This document shows, in pieces, positions 14,939 to 24,133 of a DNA stretch of 46,785 nucleotides (position 1 is its first letter; each line of letters begins with the position of its first letter). Made by a program: the position numbers and the translations under genes. The notes below the pieces were generated by a model that had not been told where the DNA came from, did no database searches, and saw only the letters and a program-made list of their open reading frames with translations. The DNA comes from an uncultured Verrucomicrobiota bacterium (GTDB lineage: Bacteria; Verrucomicrobiota; Kiritimatiellia; CAIQIC01; Lenti-01), in contig CAYNHA010000204.1 of assembly GCA_964397035.1 (NCBI GenBank), positions 1 to 46,785 of the forward strand, written 5' to 3'.

Positions 14939-15574
14939 GTGGACAAGATGCTGATGCAAATGCTGGAGGGGACAGTGGTCTCCCTCGAGATTTTCGTGCT
15001 GACGCTCTTGTTCGCGCTGCCGCTGGGGCTGGTGGTGGCGTTCGGGCGGATGTCGCGAAACCGCTGGCTGAGCGGGGCGGTGCATGTGTACCTGCTGGTG
15101 ATGCGGGGCACGCCGCTCATCCTGCAACTGATTTTCATCTATTTTGCGCCGTACTACCTGTTTGGTCTTTCCTATGACCGCTTCACGGCGGCGGTGGTGG
15201 CCTTTGCGGTCAACTATGCGGCATATTTTGCGGAGATCTACCGGGGCGGGATCGAGTCGATCCCGGTTGGTCAGCACGAGGCGGGAAAAGTGCTGGGGTT
15301 CACGCGGCCGCAGGTGTTTTGCCGGATCGTGCTGCCGCAGGTGGTGAAGCGCATTCTTCCGGCGATGGGTAACGAGGTCATCACGCTGGTGAAGGATACG
15401 GCGCTGGCGCAGACCATCGGGGTGGCGGAGTTGTTCCGCGTGGCGCAAACCGCCAGTTCGCGGCAGTTTTCCACGGTGCCCATTTTCGTGGCCGGCGTGT
15501 TTTATTTCGTGATGAATTGGGGCGTGGCCTTTGCCTTTGCGCGGTTCGAAAAGAAATTGGACTATTACCGATGA
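14939..15574 (+). CDS. amino-acid ABC transporter permease (His/Glu/Gln/Arg/opine family)
   Basis: VMRGTPLILQLIFIYF, YFAEIYRGGIESIPVGQHEAGKVLGF and ITLVKDTALA are present. The start is GTG 14939 or ATG 14948. Confidence 0.88.
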   Translation: MDKMLMQMLEGTVVSLEIFVLTLLFALPLGLVVAFGRMSRNRWLSGAVHVYLLVMRGTPLILQLIFIYFAPYYLFGLSYDRFTAAVVAFAVNYAAYFAEIYRGGIESIPVGQHEAGKVLGFTRPQVFCRIVLPQVVKRILPAMGNEVITLVKDTALAQTIGVAELFRVAQTASSRQFSTVPIFVAGVFYFVMNWGVAFAFARFEKKLDYYR

Positions 15575-16368
15575 GCGCGGAATTGGGCATGGAAGTGATT
15601 GGAGTGGAGCACCTGAGCAAATCCTTCGGGACGGTCGAGGTGCTGAAGGACATCACCTTCACGGTCCGGAAGGGCGAGGTGCTGGGCGTGATTGGCCCTT
15701 CGGGCTCCGGGAAATCCACGCTGTTGCGGTGTTTGGCCCAACTGGACACGGTGGCCAACGGAACCATCCGGGTGTGCGGGGACACCTTGGTGGAGCCGCA
15801 TCCGCACCATCCGGGAAAACCGCGATATGCGCACAAGGGAATGCTGAGGAAAATCGGACTGAGAATCGGTCTGGTGTTTCAAAACTTCAATTTGTTTCCA
15901 CATTTTTCGGTGATGCGCAATTTGACGGAAGCGCAAATCCATGTGCTGGGAATTCCGCGGGAGGAAGCCCGGAAAACGGCGCTGGCGCTGCTTGCCAAGA
16001 TGGGGCTTTCGGACAAGGCGGAAGCCTATCCCTTCCAGCTATCGGGAGGGCAGCAGCAGCGCGTTTCCATTGCGCGGGCGCTGGCGCTGCGGCCGGAGGT
16101 GTTGTGCTTTGATGAGCCCACGAGCGCGCTGGATCCCGAACTGACGGGCGAGATCCTGAAAGTGATCCGCGCGCTGGCGGCCGAAAAAATGACGATGGTG
16201 GTGGTGACGCACGAAATGGCGTTTGCAAGGGATTTGGCGGATCACATCATTTTCATGGATCACGGGGTGGTGGTGGAGCGCGGCATGGCCGATGACGTGA
16301 TTTCGCGGCCGCAGCAGGACCGTACGCGGGCCTTTCTGGGAAGACTGGAAGGCAGGGACGGGACGTGA
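15571..16368 (+). CDS. amino-acid ABC transporter ATP-binding protein
   Basis: There is an ATGA overlap with the permease stop. It has Walker A GPSGSGKST, signature LSGGQQQR and Walker B VLCFDEPTSALD. Confidence 0.92.
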   Translation: MSAELGMEVIGVEHLSKSFGTVEVLKDITFTVRKGEVLGVIGPSGSGKSTLLRCLAQLDTVANGTIRVCGDTLVEPHPHHPGKPRYAHKGMLRKIGLRIGLVFQNFNLFPHFSVMRNLTEAQIHVLGIPREEARKTALALLAKMGLSDKAEAYPFQLSGGQQQRVSIARALALRPEVLCFDEPTSALDPELTGEILKVIRALAAEKMTMVVVTHEMAFARDLADHIIFMDHGVVVERGMADDVISRPQQDRTRAFLGRLEGRDGT

Positions 16369-17126
16369 GGAATCGGGGAAACGAGTATATCTTTTGCGAT
16401 GGACAACTGCTGGTGCGGGCGGGCGGCTTGGAGCCGGCGTGTTTTTCGGATGTGCTTTTGGAACTGCAAAAGACCCGGGAGATCCAGGATTCCTTCACGG
16501 TGCGCCCGCAGGGGTTCCTCGGGGCGGAAGTGTCCGGCGCGGCGGAAAATCCGCCGGATGGTTTTGCGTGGGTGCGGGTGCGGCAGTTGATCGCGGAGAA
16601 TTCGCCGGATGTGGCGGCGGCGTGCCGGACGCTGGGGCTGCTGAACTGGCGGGCCAAGCACAAGTTTTGCGGCGCGTGCGGGAGCCCGATGACGGAGCAT
16701 CCCAAGGAAGTGGCCCACCTTTGCGGGGCGTGCGGGCACACGGATTATCCAAGCGTCTATCCGGCGGTGATCGTGCGGGTGGAAAAAGAAGGAAAGGTTT
16801 TGCTGGCGAGGCACGTACACCGCATTCAGGAGATTTTCACTTGCCTGGCGGGATATGTCGAAGTGGGGGAAACGCTGGAAGAATGCGTGCGGCGCGAAGT
16901 GCGGGAGGAAGCCGGCATCGAGGTGGACGATATTCGCTATGCGGGGAGCCAGCATTGGCCGTATCCCAACCAACTGATGCTGGCGTTCAAGGCCACATGG
17001 AAATCGGGCGAGCTTTGCCTGCAAGAGGATGAGCTTTCCGAAGCGCGCTGGTTCGATCCATCGGAATTGCCCCCGATTCCACCGGAAGGTTCGGTGGCCT
17101 ACCGTTTGATCCGGGGCCTGATATGA
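16365..17126 (+). CDS. nudC: NADH pyrophosphatase (Nudix hydrolase with zinc ribbon)
   Basis: There is a GTGA overlap with the upstream stop. The Zn ribbon is CGACGSPM...CGACGH and the Nudix box is GYVEVGETLEECVRREVREEAGI. SQHWPYPNQLMLAF is the NudC-type motif. Confidence 0.85.
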   Translation: MRNRGNEYIFCDGQLLVRAGGLEPACFSDVLLELQKTREIQDSFTVRPQGFLGAEVSGAAENPPDGFAWVRVRQLIAENSPDVAAACRTLGLLNWRAKHKFCGACGSPMTEHPKEVAHLCGACGHTDYPSVYPAVIVRVEKEGKVLLARHVHRIQEIFTCLAGYVEVGETLEECVRREVREEAGIEVDDIRYAGSQHWPYPNQLMLAFKATWKSGELCLQEDELSEARWFDPSELPPIPPEGSVAYRLIRGLI

Positions 17127-17143
17127 AAAGCACGGGATAAGGC

Positions 17144-20100
17144 ATGACGGAACGGATGCTGTTTCTGGATTTGGAGACCCATCGGGAAGGGGATGGCATT
17201 TCCAAGGCGGGGCTTTGCATCGAGTCGCTGGATGGGGGCATGGCGTGGTTGTGGGAGGCGGCGCAGCCGAAGCGTTTGTTGGAAACCCGTTTGGATGATG
17301 CGCTGTTTGGCGCGGAGGCGATTTCGGGCCACAACATTTGGCGGCATGACCTGCCGGTGCTGGCCAAGACATTTCCGAATCTGGCCTTGCTGGAACAGTT
17401 GCCGGTGGTGGACACGCTGGAGCTGTCGCCGTTGTGTTTTCCGCGGAATCCGTATCACGCTCTGGAAAAGGACTACAAGCCGACGGGACGGGAGGAAAAC
17501 GATCCGCTGGGCGATGCGGTTTTGGCGCGACAATTGCTTCGCCGCGAGATCGAGGTGCTGAATGAATTGCGCGGGAGGGATCCGGTGTTTCATCGCGCGC
17601 TGCACGGGCTCTGCGCGACCGGCGGAGGGCGCCTGGAAAAAGGCTGCGCGAGGGTGTTCGGAGGGGCAGCTCCCGCGGAAGGGGTGGTGGTCGAGGCCAT
17701 CCGGGCCTGTGCGGGACGGAATGGGTGCGCAACGGCGGCCAGCCGGTTGGAGCTGCCGTCGTCCCGGGAGGAGCGGATGGCGCTGGCGTATGTACTGGCG
17801 TGGCTTTCGGTGGCGGGCGATTGCCGGTCCGTATTGCCGGGCTGGGTGTGGAAGCAATTTCCGAAAAGCCGGGAAATGGCGTCCCGGTTGCGGGATGTGC
17901 CTTGCGGAAGTCCATCGTGTTCGTGGTGCGGAAAGCAGTTCGATGCCCGTGCGCGGTTGAAACGCTGGTTCCCGGAATTCCGGGATTTCCAGGTGGATGA
18001 AAACGGCCACAGCTTGCAGCGGGAGATCGTGGAGATGGCGCTGGGAGGGAAATCGCTGTTGGCGATTTTGCCGACGGGGGGAGGAAAATCGCTCTGCTTC
18101 CAACTGCCGGCGCTGGCGCGGATGGAGCGGCGGGGGATGCTGACGATCATTCTGTCGCCGCTGCAATCCCTGATGAAAGATCAGGTGGATCAGTTGTCTC
18201 GTCGTGTGCCGGCGATTCAGGGGTGCGCGGCGGCATTGAATGGGTTGCTGTCGCCGCTGGAGCGACGCGACGTGCTGCATCGCATCGCCATGGGCGATGT
18301 TTCGTTGCTCTACATTGCGCCGGAGCAGTTGAGAAGCCGGTCGTTTTTCAATGCGGTCTCGCAGCGCGAGATTGGCGCGTGGGTATTTGACGAGGCCCAC
18401 TGCCTTTCCAAATGGGGGCATGATTTCCGCACGGATTATCTCTACGCCGAGCGGTTCATCCGCGAACGGATGGGATCGCCCGTGGCGCCGGTGATGTATG
18501 TGACGGCCACGGCCAAGAGCGAAGTGATCGCCGAGATCCGCGCCTTCCACGAATCGATGACGGGTGAGCGCAATTTGCCGCTCTTTGAGGCTCCGCTGGA
18601 TCGTCCGGGGCTGAAGTTCGAAGTGGTGAAGGCGGCACCGGGCTTCGAGCGGATGAAGAAAATCTCCGAGATCCTTTCGGAGCGATTGGGCGCGTATGGA
18701 AGGGGTGGGGCGATTGTCTTTCGTTCCTCCCGCGCCAAGGCCCGGGAGACTTCTGAATTTCTGCTCAAGGAAGGGTGGAAAGCCGCCCACTACCATGCGG
18801 GGCTTCCGCCGGAAGAGAAAAAAGAAGTGCAGGATCGGTTCATTGCGGGCGATTTGCAGGTGATCGCGGCAACGAATGCGTTTGGCATGGGCGTGGACAA
18901 AGAGGACGTGCGAGTGGTTATCCATGGTGACATGCCCGGATCGGTTGAAAACTACATCCAGGAGGCAGGCCGGGCGGGGCGCGATCGCCGGGAGGCCGAC
19001 TGCATCTTGCTGTTCGACGACAACGATGCGGACTGGCAGTTCAACCTCAACGGGATGAACCGGCTGGGGCGGCGCGAAATCGCGGAGATTCTGCGGGCGT
19101 TGAGAAAGCACAAGCGGAAGGACGGGGATGCGCTTGTGGTGACGGTGGGCGAGTTGATGCAGGATACGCGGCTGCAGGAGGTGCTGGATCCGGAGGACCG
19201 CGGATTGAACACCAAGGTGAAAACGGCAATTTCGTGGCTGGAGCGCGCGCACTACTTGAAGCGCGACGACAATGTGGTGAATGTGTTCCAGGCGCGTCCG
19301 GTTGCGAAGACGCGGAACGAGGCGGAAGCTCGGGCTCTGGAATTGGGAGAGCCGCCGGAGCGCCAGAAATTGTGGGGCGACATTCTGAATGAATTCGTGG
19401 CGGCCCGGGCGGACGGGGGCATTGATGCGGACCGTTTGGTAACGCTGCCCTCGCTGTGGGAGTGGAACCAGAGGCAGGAGTGTCCCCGGAGTGCAATCCG
19501 GCTGCATGGATTGCTGTTCAGCGAACTGCGCGCCATGTCGAAGGCGAAGGTGCTGAAGGAATGCACTTCGATGTCGGCCTATGTGCGGCACAAGATTGCG
19601 GATCCTTCCCGCTTGCGGCTGGAGAGATTGTCGCGGGCGGAACAACGGTTGCACGAGTTGCTTCTGGAACAGGGAGCGATGTCGGGGGAGGAACTGGTGC
19701 TGGATACGGCGGTGCTGAACCAGCGGCTGAAGGACGAAGGCGAAAGCGAAGCGGGGTTGCACGATTTCGGGAGGATGGTCCAAACGTTGTCGGGTCTGGA
19801 AGAAGGGGGGAGGCGCTTGTTGGAAATCCGTCCGGGAAGTGCCACCCGCCACCACATTCGATTGAACGTGGAGATGCCGAAGGTTGCGGAGATGGCGGCG
19901 CGGCGCCGGGAGGAGGCGGCCCGCGTGTTGGAGGCGATCCTGGCGCAAATTCAGCACGAAACGCCGGGAGGCAAAGATGTGTTGGCTGAATTCACAATGG
20001 ATGAATTGTGCGAGGCGCTGGAATCGGGGTCGCTGTTGCAGACGGGGCCGCAAAATGCCGCCGCTGCCGCCGAGCGGGCGTTGCTGTGGCTGCACGATTT

Positions 20101-22321
20101 GCAGATCATTCGCTTGCAACGGGGGTTGGCGCTTTTCCGGACGGCGATGACCCTGCGGGTGGAGGCGGAGCCGTCGCGCGGGTATGGCGTGAAGGAATAC
20201 GCCCCGCTGGGCCTTTACTACGAGGAGAAGACGTTCCAGGTCCATGTGATGATGGAATATGCCCAGCGCGGATTACAGAACATGCAGGCGGCTCTGTCGC
20301 TGGTGCTGGATTATTTCCGCCTCGACAAGCGGCAATTCATCGAGCGGTATTTTCCGGGCCGAAGGAAAGAGCTGGAGCGGGCAGCCACGGCGGAAGCGTA
20401 TCGGAAGGTGGTGGAAGAGCTGGGCGACGAAGAGCAGCGGCGGGTGGTGGAGGCCAATCCCGAGCAGAATTGGCTGGTGTTGGCGGGCCCCGGTTCCGGA
20501 AAGACGCAGACGGTGGTGCACCGGATGGCCTGGCTGTTGAAAATCCAGCATGTGCCGGCGCAATCGCTTTTGGCGTTGTGTTTCAACCATGAAGCGGCCG
20601 TGCAGTTGCGCCGCCGCCTGCGTGCGTTGGCGGGGGATGCGGCGAACGGCGTGACGGTGATGACGTATCACGGGCTGGCGATGCGGCTCACGGGGACATC
20701 CTTTTCGGCCTTGGCCGGACGTTCCGCCGCGGGAACAAAGGCTTCGGGTGAAATGGATTTCGAGCAGCCCCTTCGGGATGCCATTCGGCTGTTGCGGGGT
20801 GAATGGACGGTGGAATCCGCCGAGAGGGACGAGGCGCGTGACCGGTTGCTGGCGGGATTCCGCTATATTCTGGTGGATGAGTATCAGGATGTGGACGACC
20901 TGCAATATGAGCTGATTTCGGCATTGGCGGGACGCACGTTGAAGGATCCGGATGCCAAACTGGGGCTTGTGGCGGTTGGGGACGATGACCAGAGCATTTA
21001 TGCCTTCCGCGGGGCGGATGTCCGGTTCATCCGGCGCTTTGAGAAGGACTACGAGGCCGAGATGTGCGGTCTGACGTCGAACTACCGGTCCAGCAAGGCC
21101 ATTTTGGATGCGGCGGGTCGGGTGATTGCGGAAAACCGAGGCCGAATGAAGGCGGATCTGCCGATTCATGTGGATCGGCGGCGGAGCAAGGATCCTTCTG
21201 GCGAGCCCGTCCGACTGTTGGAAGTCAAAGATTTGGAAACCCAGGCGCTGGAACTGTTGCGACAGGTTGAAAACTGGCACAAGGCGGGAGTGGACTGGAA
21301 GGACATGGCGGTGTTGGGGGTGAACCACGAAGATTTGGATGCATTCCGTTCCGTAGCGGAATCCGAATCTGTTCCCCTGAATGTGAGGATATCGCCGGGG
21401 GAGTGGGCCAAAGGGTCTGGTTTGCCTGCCTTGTGGCGCATGCGCGAGTGCATGATGCTGCTGGAAAAACTGCAGGCCCGGGCCGGCCAACGGGTTTCCC
21501 GCGGGACATTGGAGGAGGCGATTGCAGCGGTTCGCCAAGCGTGTGGAGGTGGAACGTGGCCGGATTTGCTGGCGTCCATGGGGGAGGATTTCCCGGAAGA
21601 GGAGGCCGATGCAGAGGAGTGGATCGAATATTTTCATGAAAGTTTGGCCGGATTTCGTCGCGAGGGGCGTTTGGGAAGACAGGGTATTTGGCTGTCGACC
21701 CTTCATGCCGCCAAGGGGACGGAACATGGATGCGTGGCTGTTGCTGGCCGTTGGCAGAACCCGTGGCGCAAGGACCCAGAGGAGGCGCGTCGCTTGCTCT
21801 ATGTGGGCATGACGCGGGCCAAGCATGCATTGGCGGTTGTGGATTGGTCGGAAGAGGGGTGCCCGATTCTGGATCCGTTGAGACGGACGGACTCGGTGAT
21901 TCGGGAAAAAGAGACTGAGCCCAAGGGGAGGTTGCCGTTGAAGAGGTACCGCGTGCTGGGGCCAGCCGATTTTGATTTGTCCTTTGCGGGGAGGGGAGAC
22001 GCGGGACGGGTGGAGCGAATTGCCAAGGCGTTGGGAAAGGTTCGAGAGGGGGAACGGTTGAATTGGGAAGAGACTCGTTCGGGAATTATCCTCAAAACGG
22101 CGGAAGATGGGGTGGCGTTGTTATCCAGGGACGGGTCTCGACGGTTCATTCAGCATGCGGGACAGGTGGAAGAAATCCGAGTATTGGGCGTTTACGGCTG
22201 GCGGAAGGAAGATGCTGAACCTGAATGGCGAAAGACATATGCTACCAACCGGTGGGGAATTCCGCTGTGCGAAGTGGTGTTGAGACGGGAAGAGGGTGAA
22301 AAAAGGGATATAGTTTTATAA
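17144..22321 (+). CDS. 1725-aa multidomain helicase: DEDD exonuclease-like N-terminus, RecQ-type SF2 helicase, long linker, UvrD-type SF1 helicase, and an unknown C-terminal domain
   Basis: The N-terminus has FLDLET, GHNIWRHDLPVL and DPLGDAVLA. The RecQ part has LPTGGGKSLCFQLPA, FDEAHCLSKWGHDFR (DEAH at 18389-18400), NAFGMGVDKEDVRVVIH and QEAGRAGRD. The UvrD part has LAGPGSGKTQT (about 20486-20506), ILVDEYQDV, VGDDDQSIYAFRGA, SNYRSS, LHAAKGTEH and YVGMTRAK. Confidence 0.85.
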   Translation: MTERMLFLDLETHREGDGISKAGLCIESLDGGMAWLWEAAQPKRLLETRLDDALFGAEAISGHNIWRHDLPVLAKTFPNLALLEQLPVVDTLELSPLCFPRNPYHALEKDYKPTGREENDPLGDAVLARQLLRREIEVLNELRGRDPVFHRALHGLCATGGGRLEKGCARVFGGAAPAEGVVVEAIRACAGRNGCATAASRLELPSSREERMALAYVLAWLSVAGDCRSVLPGWVWKQFPKSREMASRLRDVPCGSPSCSWCGKQFDARARLKRWFPEFRDFQVDENGHSLQREIVEMALGGKSLLAILPTGGGKSLCFQLPALARMERRGMLTIILSPLQSLMKDQVDQLSRRVPAIQGCAAALNGLLSPLERRDVLHRIAMGDVSLLYIAPEQLRSRSFFNAVSQREIGAWVFDEAHCLSKWGHDFRTDYLYAERFIRERMGSPVAPVMYVTATAKSEVIAEIRAFHESMTGERNLPLFEAPLDRPGLKFEVVKAAPGFERMKKISEILSERLGAYGRGGAIVFRSSRAKARETSEFLLKEGWKAAHYHAGLPPEEKKEVQDRFIAGDLQVIAATNAFGMGVDKEDVRVVIHGDMPGSVENYIQEAGRAGRDRREADCILLFDDNDADWQFNLNGMNRLGRREIAEILRALRKHKRKDGDALVVTVGELMQDTRLQEVLDPEDRGLNTKVKTAISWLERAHYLKRDDNVVNVFQARPVAKTRNEAEARALELGEPPERQKLWGDILNEFVAARADGGIDADRLVTLPSLWEWNQRQECPRSAIRLHGLLFSELRAMSKAKVLKECTSMSAYVRHKIADPSRLRLERLSRAEQRLHELLLEQGAMSGEELVLDTAVLNQRLKDEGESEAGLHDFGRMVQTLSGLEEGGRRLLEIRPGSATRHHIRLNVEMPKVAEMAARRREEAARVLEAILAQIQHETPGGKDVLAEFTMDELCEALESGSLLQTGPQNAAAAAERALLWLHDLQIIRLQRGLALFRTAMTLRVEAEPSRGYGVKEYAPLGLYYEEKTFQVHVMMEYAQRGLQNMQAALSLVLDYFRLDKRQFIERYFPGRRKELERAATAEAYRKVVEELGDEEQRRVVEANPEQNWLVLAGPGSGKTQTVVHRMAWLLKIQHVPAQSLLALCFNHEAAVQLRRRLRALAGDAANGVTVMTYHGLAMRLTGTSFSALAGRSAAGTKASGEMDFEQPLRDAIRLLRGEWTVESAERDEARDRLLAGFRYILVDEYQDVDDLQYELISALAGRTLKDPDAKLGLVAVGDDDQSIYAFRGADVRFIRRFEKDYEAEMCGLTSNYRSSKAILDAAGRVIAENRGRMKADLPIHVDRRRSKDPSGEPVRLLEVKDLETQALELLRQVENWHKAGVDWKDMAVLGVNHEDLDAFRSVAESESVPLNVRISPGEWAKGSGLPALWRMRECMMLLEKLQARAGQRVSRGTLEEAIAAVRQACGGGTWPDLLASMGEDFPEEEADAEEWIEYFHESLAGFRREGRLGRQGIWLSTLHAAKGTEHGCVAVAGRWQNPWRKDPEEARRLLYVGMTRAKHALAVVDWSEEGCPILDPLRRTDSVIREKETEPKGRLPLKRYRVLGPADFDLSFAGRGDAGRVERIAKALGKVREGERLNWEETRSGIILKTAEDGVALLSRDGSRRFIQHAGQVEEIRVLGVYGWRKEDAEPEWRKTYATNRWGIPLCEVVLRREEGEKRDIVL

Positions 22322-22331
22322 AACATGACCC
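22300..22331 (+). repeat. 32-bp direct repeat, copy 1 (covers the last 6 codons, the stop and 10 nt downstream of the helicase gene)
   Basis: AAAAAGGGATATAGTTTTATAAAACATGACCC is identical to 22444-22475. Confidence 0.95.
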
Positions 22332-22443
22332 CAAAATGGAGTTTGAGGTTGTCCTGGGGAAATTTGGTAGATTGATGTGATGTAACCAGAATGAATGAAG
22401 GCTGTTAAAGAAATTGATCTAGCACGGTGTTGGGTGGAAACCT

Positions 22444-22475
22444 AAAAAGGGATATAGTTTTATAAAACATGACCC
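22444..22475 (+). repeat. 32-bp direct repeat, copy 2
   Basis: It is a perfect copy of 22300-22331, located 144 bp downstream inside a low-GC intergenic stretch. Confidence 0.95.
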
Positions 22476-22522
22476 TGATTGGCAGTCAGCACGTACGGAG
22501 AAAGGTAGATTTCTTTGTTTAA

Positions 22523-23149
22523 CTAAAACTGCATGAAATAATTGTATCTCTTTTCGTGTCCAATGGTGGTGGGGTCGCCATGACCGGGATAGACGGTCAG
22601 ATCATCGGATAGGGTTGCCAGTTTGCGGAGGGATTTTGTGAGGGAGCGGGGATCGCCGCCTGGCAAATCCGTCCGTCCGGCAGATCCGCGGAACAGGGTG
22701 TCGCCCGAGAATAGCGCGTTGTCTTCTTCCAGCTTCCAGCAGACTCCGCCGGGGGTGTGGCCGGGTGTTTCAACCACGGACCAATGGGCACCTGCCAATT
22801 CAAAAAGCGAGGATTCTGTGACGAGGACCATCGGTCCTTTTGGTTTTTGAGGAGCGACATAAAAACCGGGGAGTTCGTTTCGGGCCGTGAAGCACCATGC
22901 GGCATCCTGGGCGTGAAGATGGATCGGGGCGGGAAACAGAGCCGACAGTTCTGCCGCCGCGGAAACATGATCGACATGGCCGTGGGTGAGCAAATAGGCC
23001 ACCACAGTGACGTTGAGTTCGCGCAGTCGCACGATGAGCTGCTGGGCGTCATCGCCGGGATCGATCACAACGGTTTGGCGGGTGACGGGGTTGGACACGA
23101 AATAACAATTTTCTTCTAAATATCCGGTGGTCCGTGTTTCAATGTTCAT
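22523..23149 (-). CDS. MBL-fold metallo-hydrolase (glyoxalase II-like)
   Basis: THGHVDHV is the metal motif; GHTPGG and GDTLFRGSAGRTDLPGGD are also present. The start is ATG at 23149; the listed longer ORF to 23797 is antisense to the ABC ATPase and is rejected. Confidence 0.88.
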   Translation of the reverse strand: MNIETRTTGYLEENCYFVSNPVTRQTVVIDPGDDAQQLIVRLRELNVTVVAYLLTHGHVDHVSAAAELSALFPAPIHLHAQDAAWCFTARNELPGFYVAPQKPKGPMVLVTESSLFELAGAHWSVVETPGHTPGGVCWKLEEDNALFSGDTLFRGSAGRTDLPGGDPRSLTKSLRKLATLSDDLTVYPGHGDPTTIGHEKRYNYFMQF

Positions 23150-23152
23150 TCC

Positions 23153-24133
23153 ATGAAACCAACAGATTTGAATCAATGCGTCAAGGGCGGATCGGACGCC
23201 GTCTTGACGGTGTTGGATCTGGGCGTGGGGCTGGTCACCGATCACGGGCGCCGTTTGGAGGTGGTGGGGAAGGTCCACCTGAGTTTGCGTGCGGGGTGCA
23301 TGGTGGCGCTGGTGGGCGAAAGTGGTTGCGGGAAAAGCATTACGGCGGCGTCGCTGGGGGGGCTGTTGCCGCGTGGCATGGTCATGGATCGGGGAGAGAT
23401 TCGTTGGGCGGACGGGATTCCGCGCGGGCCCGGAAAAGGCTTGGCGTATGTTTTCCAGGATCCCGGCGAGTGCCTGGATCCGGTCTTCACGATTGGGAAT
23501 CAAATCCGCGAAGTGCTGCCGCCGGAAGACCGTGACCGGGCGGAGGCCCGGATGGAAGAGATTTTGCGCACGGTTGGATTTGAGGAGCCGTCGCGCGTTT
23601 TGGTGAGCTACCCTCACCAGTTGTCGGGTGGCATGCAGCAGCGGGCGATGTTGGCGATGGCGCTGGCGGGACGTCCGCGCGTTTTGGTGGCCGATGAGCC
23701 AACCACGGCGCTGGATGTGACAGTGCAGGCGAAAATCCTGCGTTTGCTGGCGGAGTTGCAACGGAAGGAACACCTGGCGGTTCTGTTGATCACGCACAAT
23801 CTAGGCGTGGTGGCCGAGGTGGCGGATGAAATCCATGTGATGTATGCGGGCCGCGTGGTGGAGTCGGGTCCGGTGGAACTGTTGCGCCGCCCTTTTCACC
23901 CTTACGTGAAGGGGTTGCTGAACGCCCTGCCCCGTTTGGATGGAAAGGGGGAACGGCTGGAAGGAATCGAAGGTACGGTTCCGCCGCTGGGGAAGCATCC
24001 GGCGGGTTGCCGTTTTCATCCCCGCTGCCGGTTGGCACGGGCCATTTGTCAGGAGAAGGAACCGGAGTTGCAGGAGCGGGCGAACGGGCATTTGGCGGCC
24101 TGCTGGGCCTGTACGGAGGGGGGCTGGTCATGA
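23153..24133 (+). CDS. peptide-type ABC transporter ATP-binding protein (DppD/OppD-like)
   Basis: It has Walker A GESGCGKS, LSGGMQQR and LVADEPTTALD. The C-terminal oligopeptide-type extension is GCRFHPRC. Confidence 0.9.
   Translation: MKPTDLNQCVKGGSDAVLTVLDLGVGLVTDHGRRLEVVGKVHLSLRAGCMVALVGESGCGKSITAASLGGLLPRGMVMDRGEIRWADGIPRGPGKGLAYVFQDPGECLDPVFTIGNQIREVLPPEDRDRAEARMEEILRTVGFEEPSRVLVSYPHQLSGGMQQRAMLAMALAGRPRVLVADEPTTALDVTVQAKILRLLAELQRKEHLAVLLITHNLGVVAEVADEIHVMYAGRVVESGPVELLRRPFHPYVKGLLNALPRLDGKGERLEGIEGTVPPLGKHPAGCRFHPRCRLARAICQEKEPELQERANGHLAACWACTEGGWS

Noticed and set aside
17099-20245. 1048-aa minus-strand ORF
   Set aside because: It lies entirely antisense to the helicase gene, whose RecQ motifs are unambiguous. 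The product is Arg/Pro/Gln/His-rich and low in complexity.
22322-22522. possible tRNA, integrase remnant or small gene in the low-GC gap after the helicase gene
   Set aside because: I could find no cloverleaf-compatible sequence, no ORF with a ribosome-binding site, and no recombinase motif. Only the direct repeat is reported.
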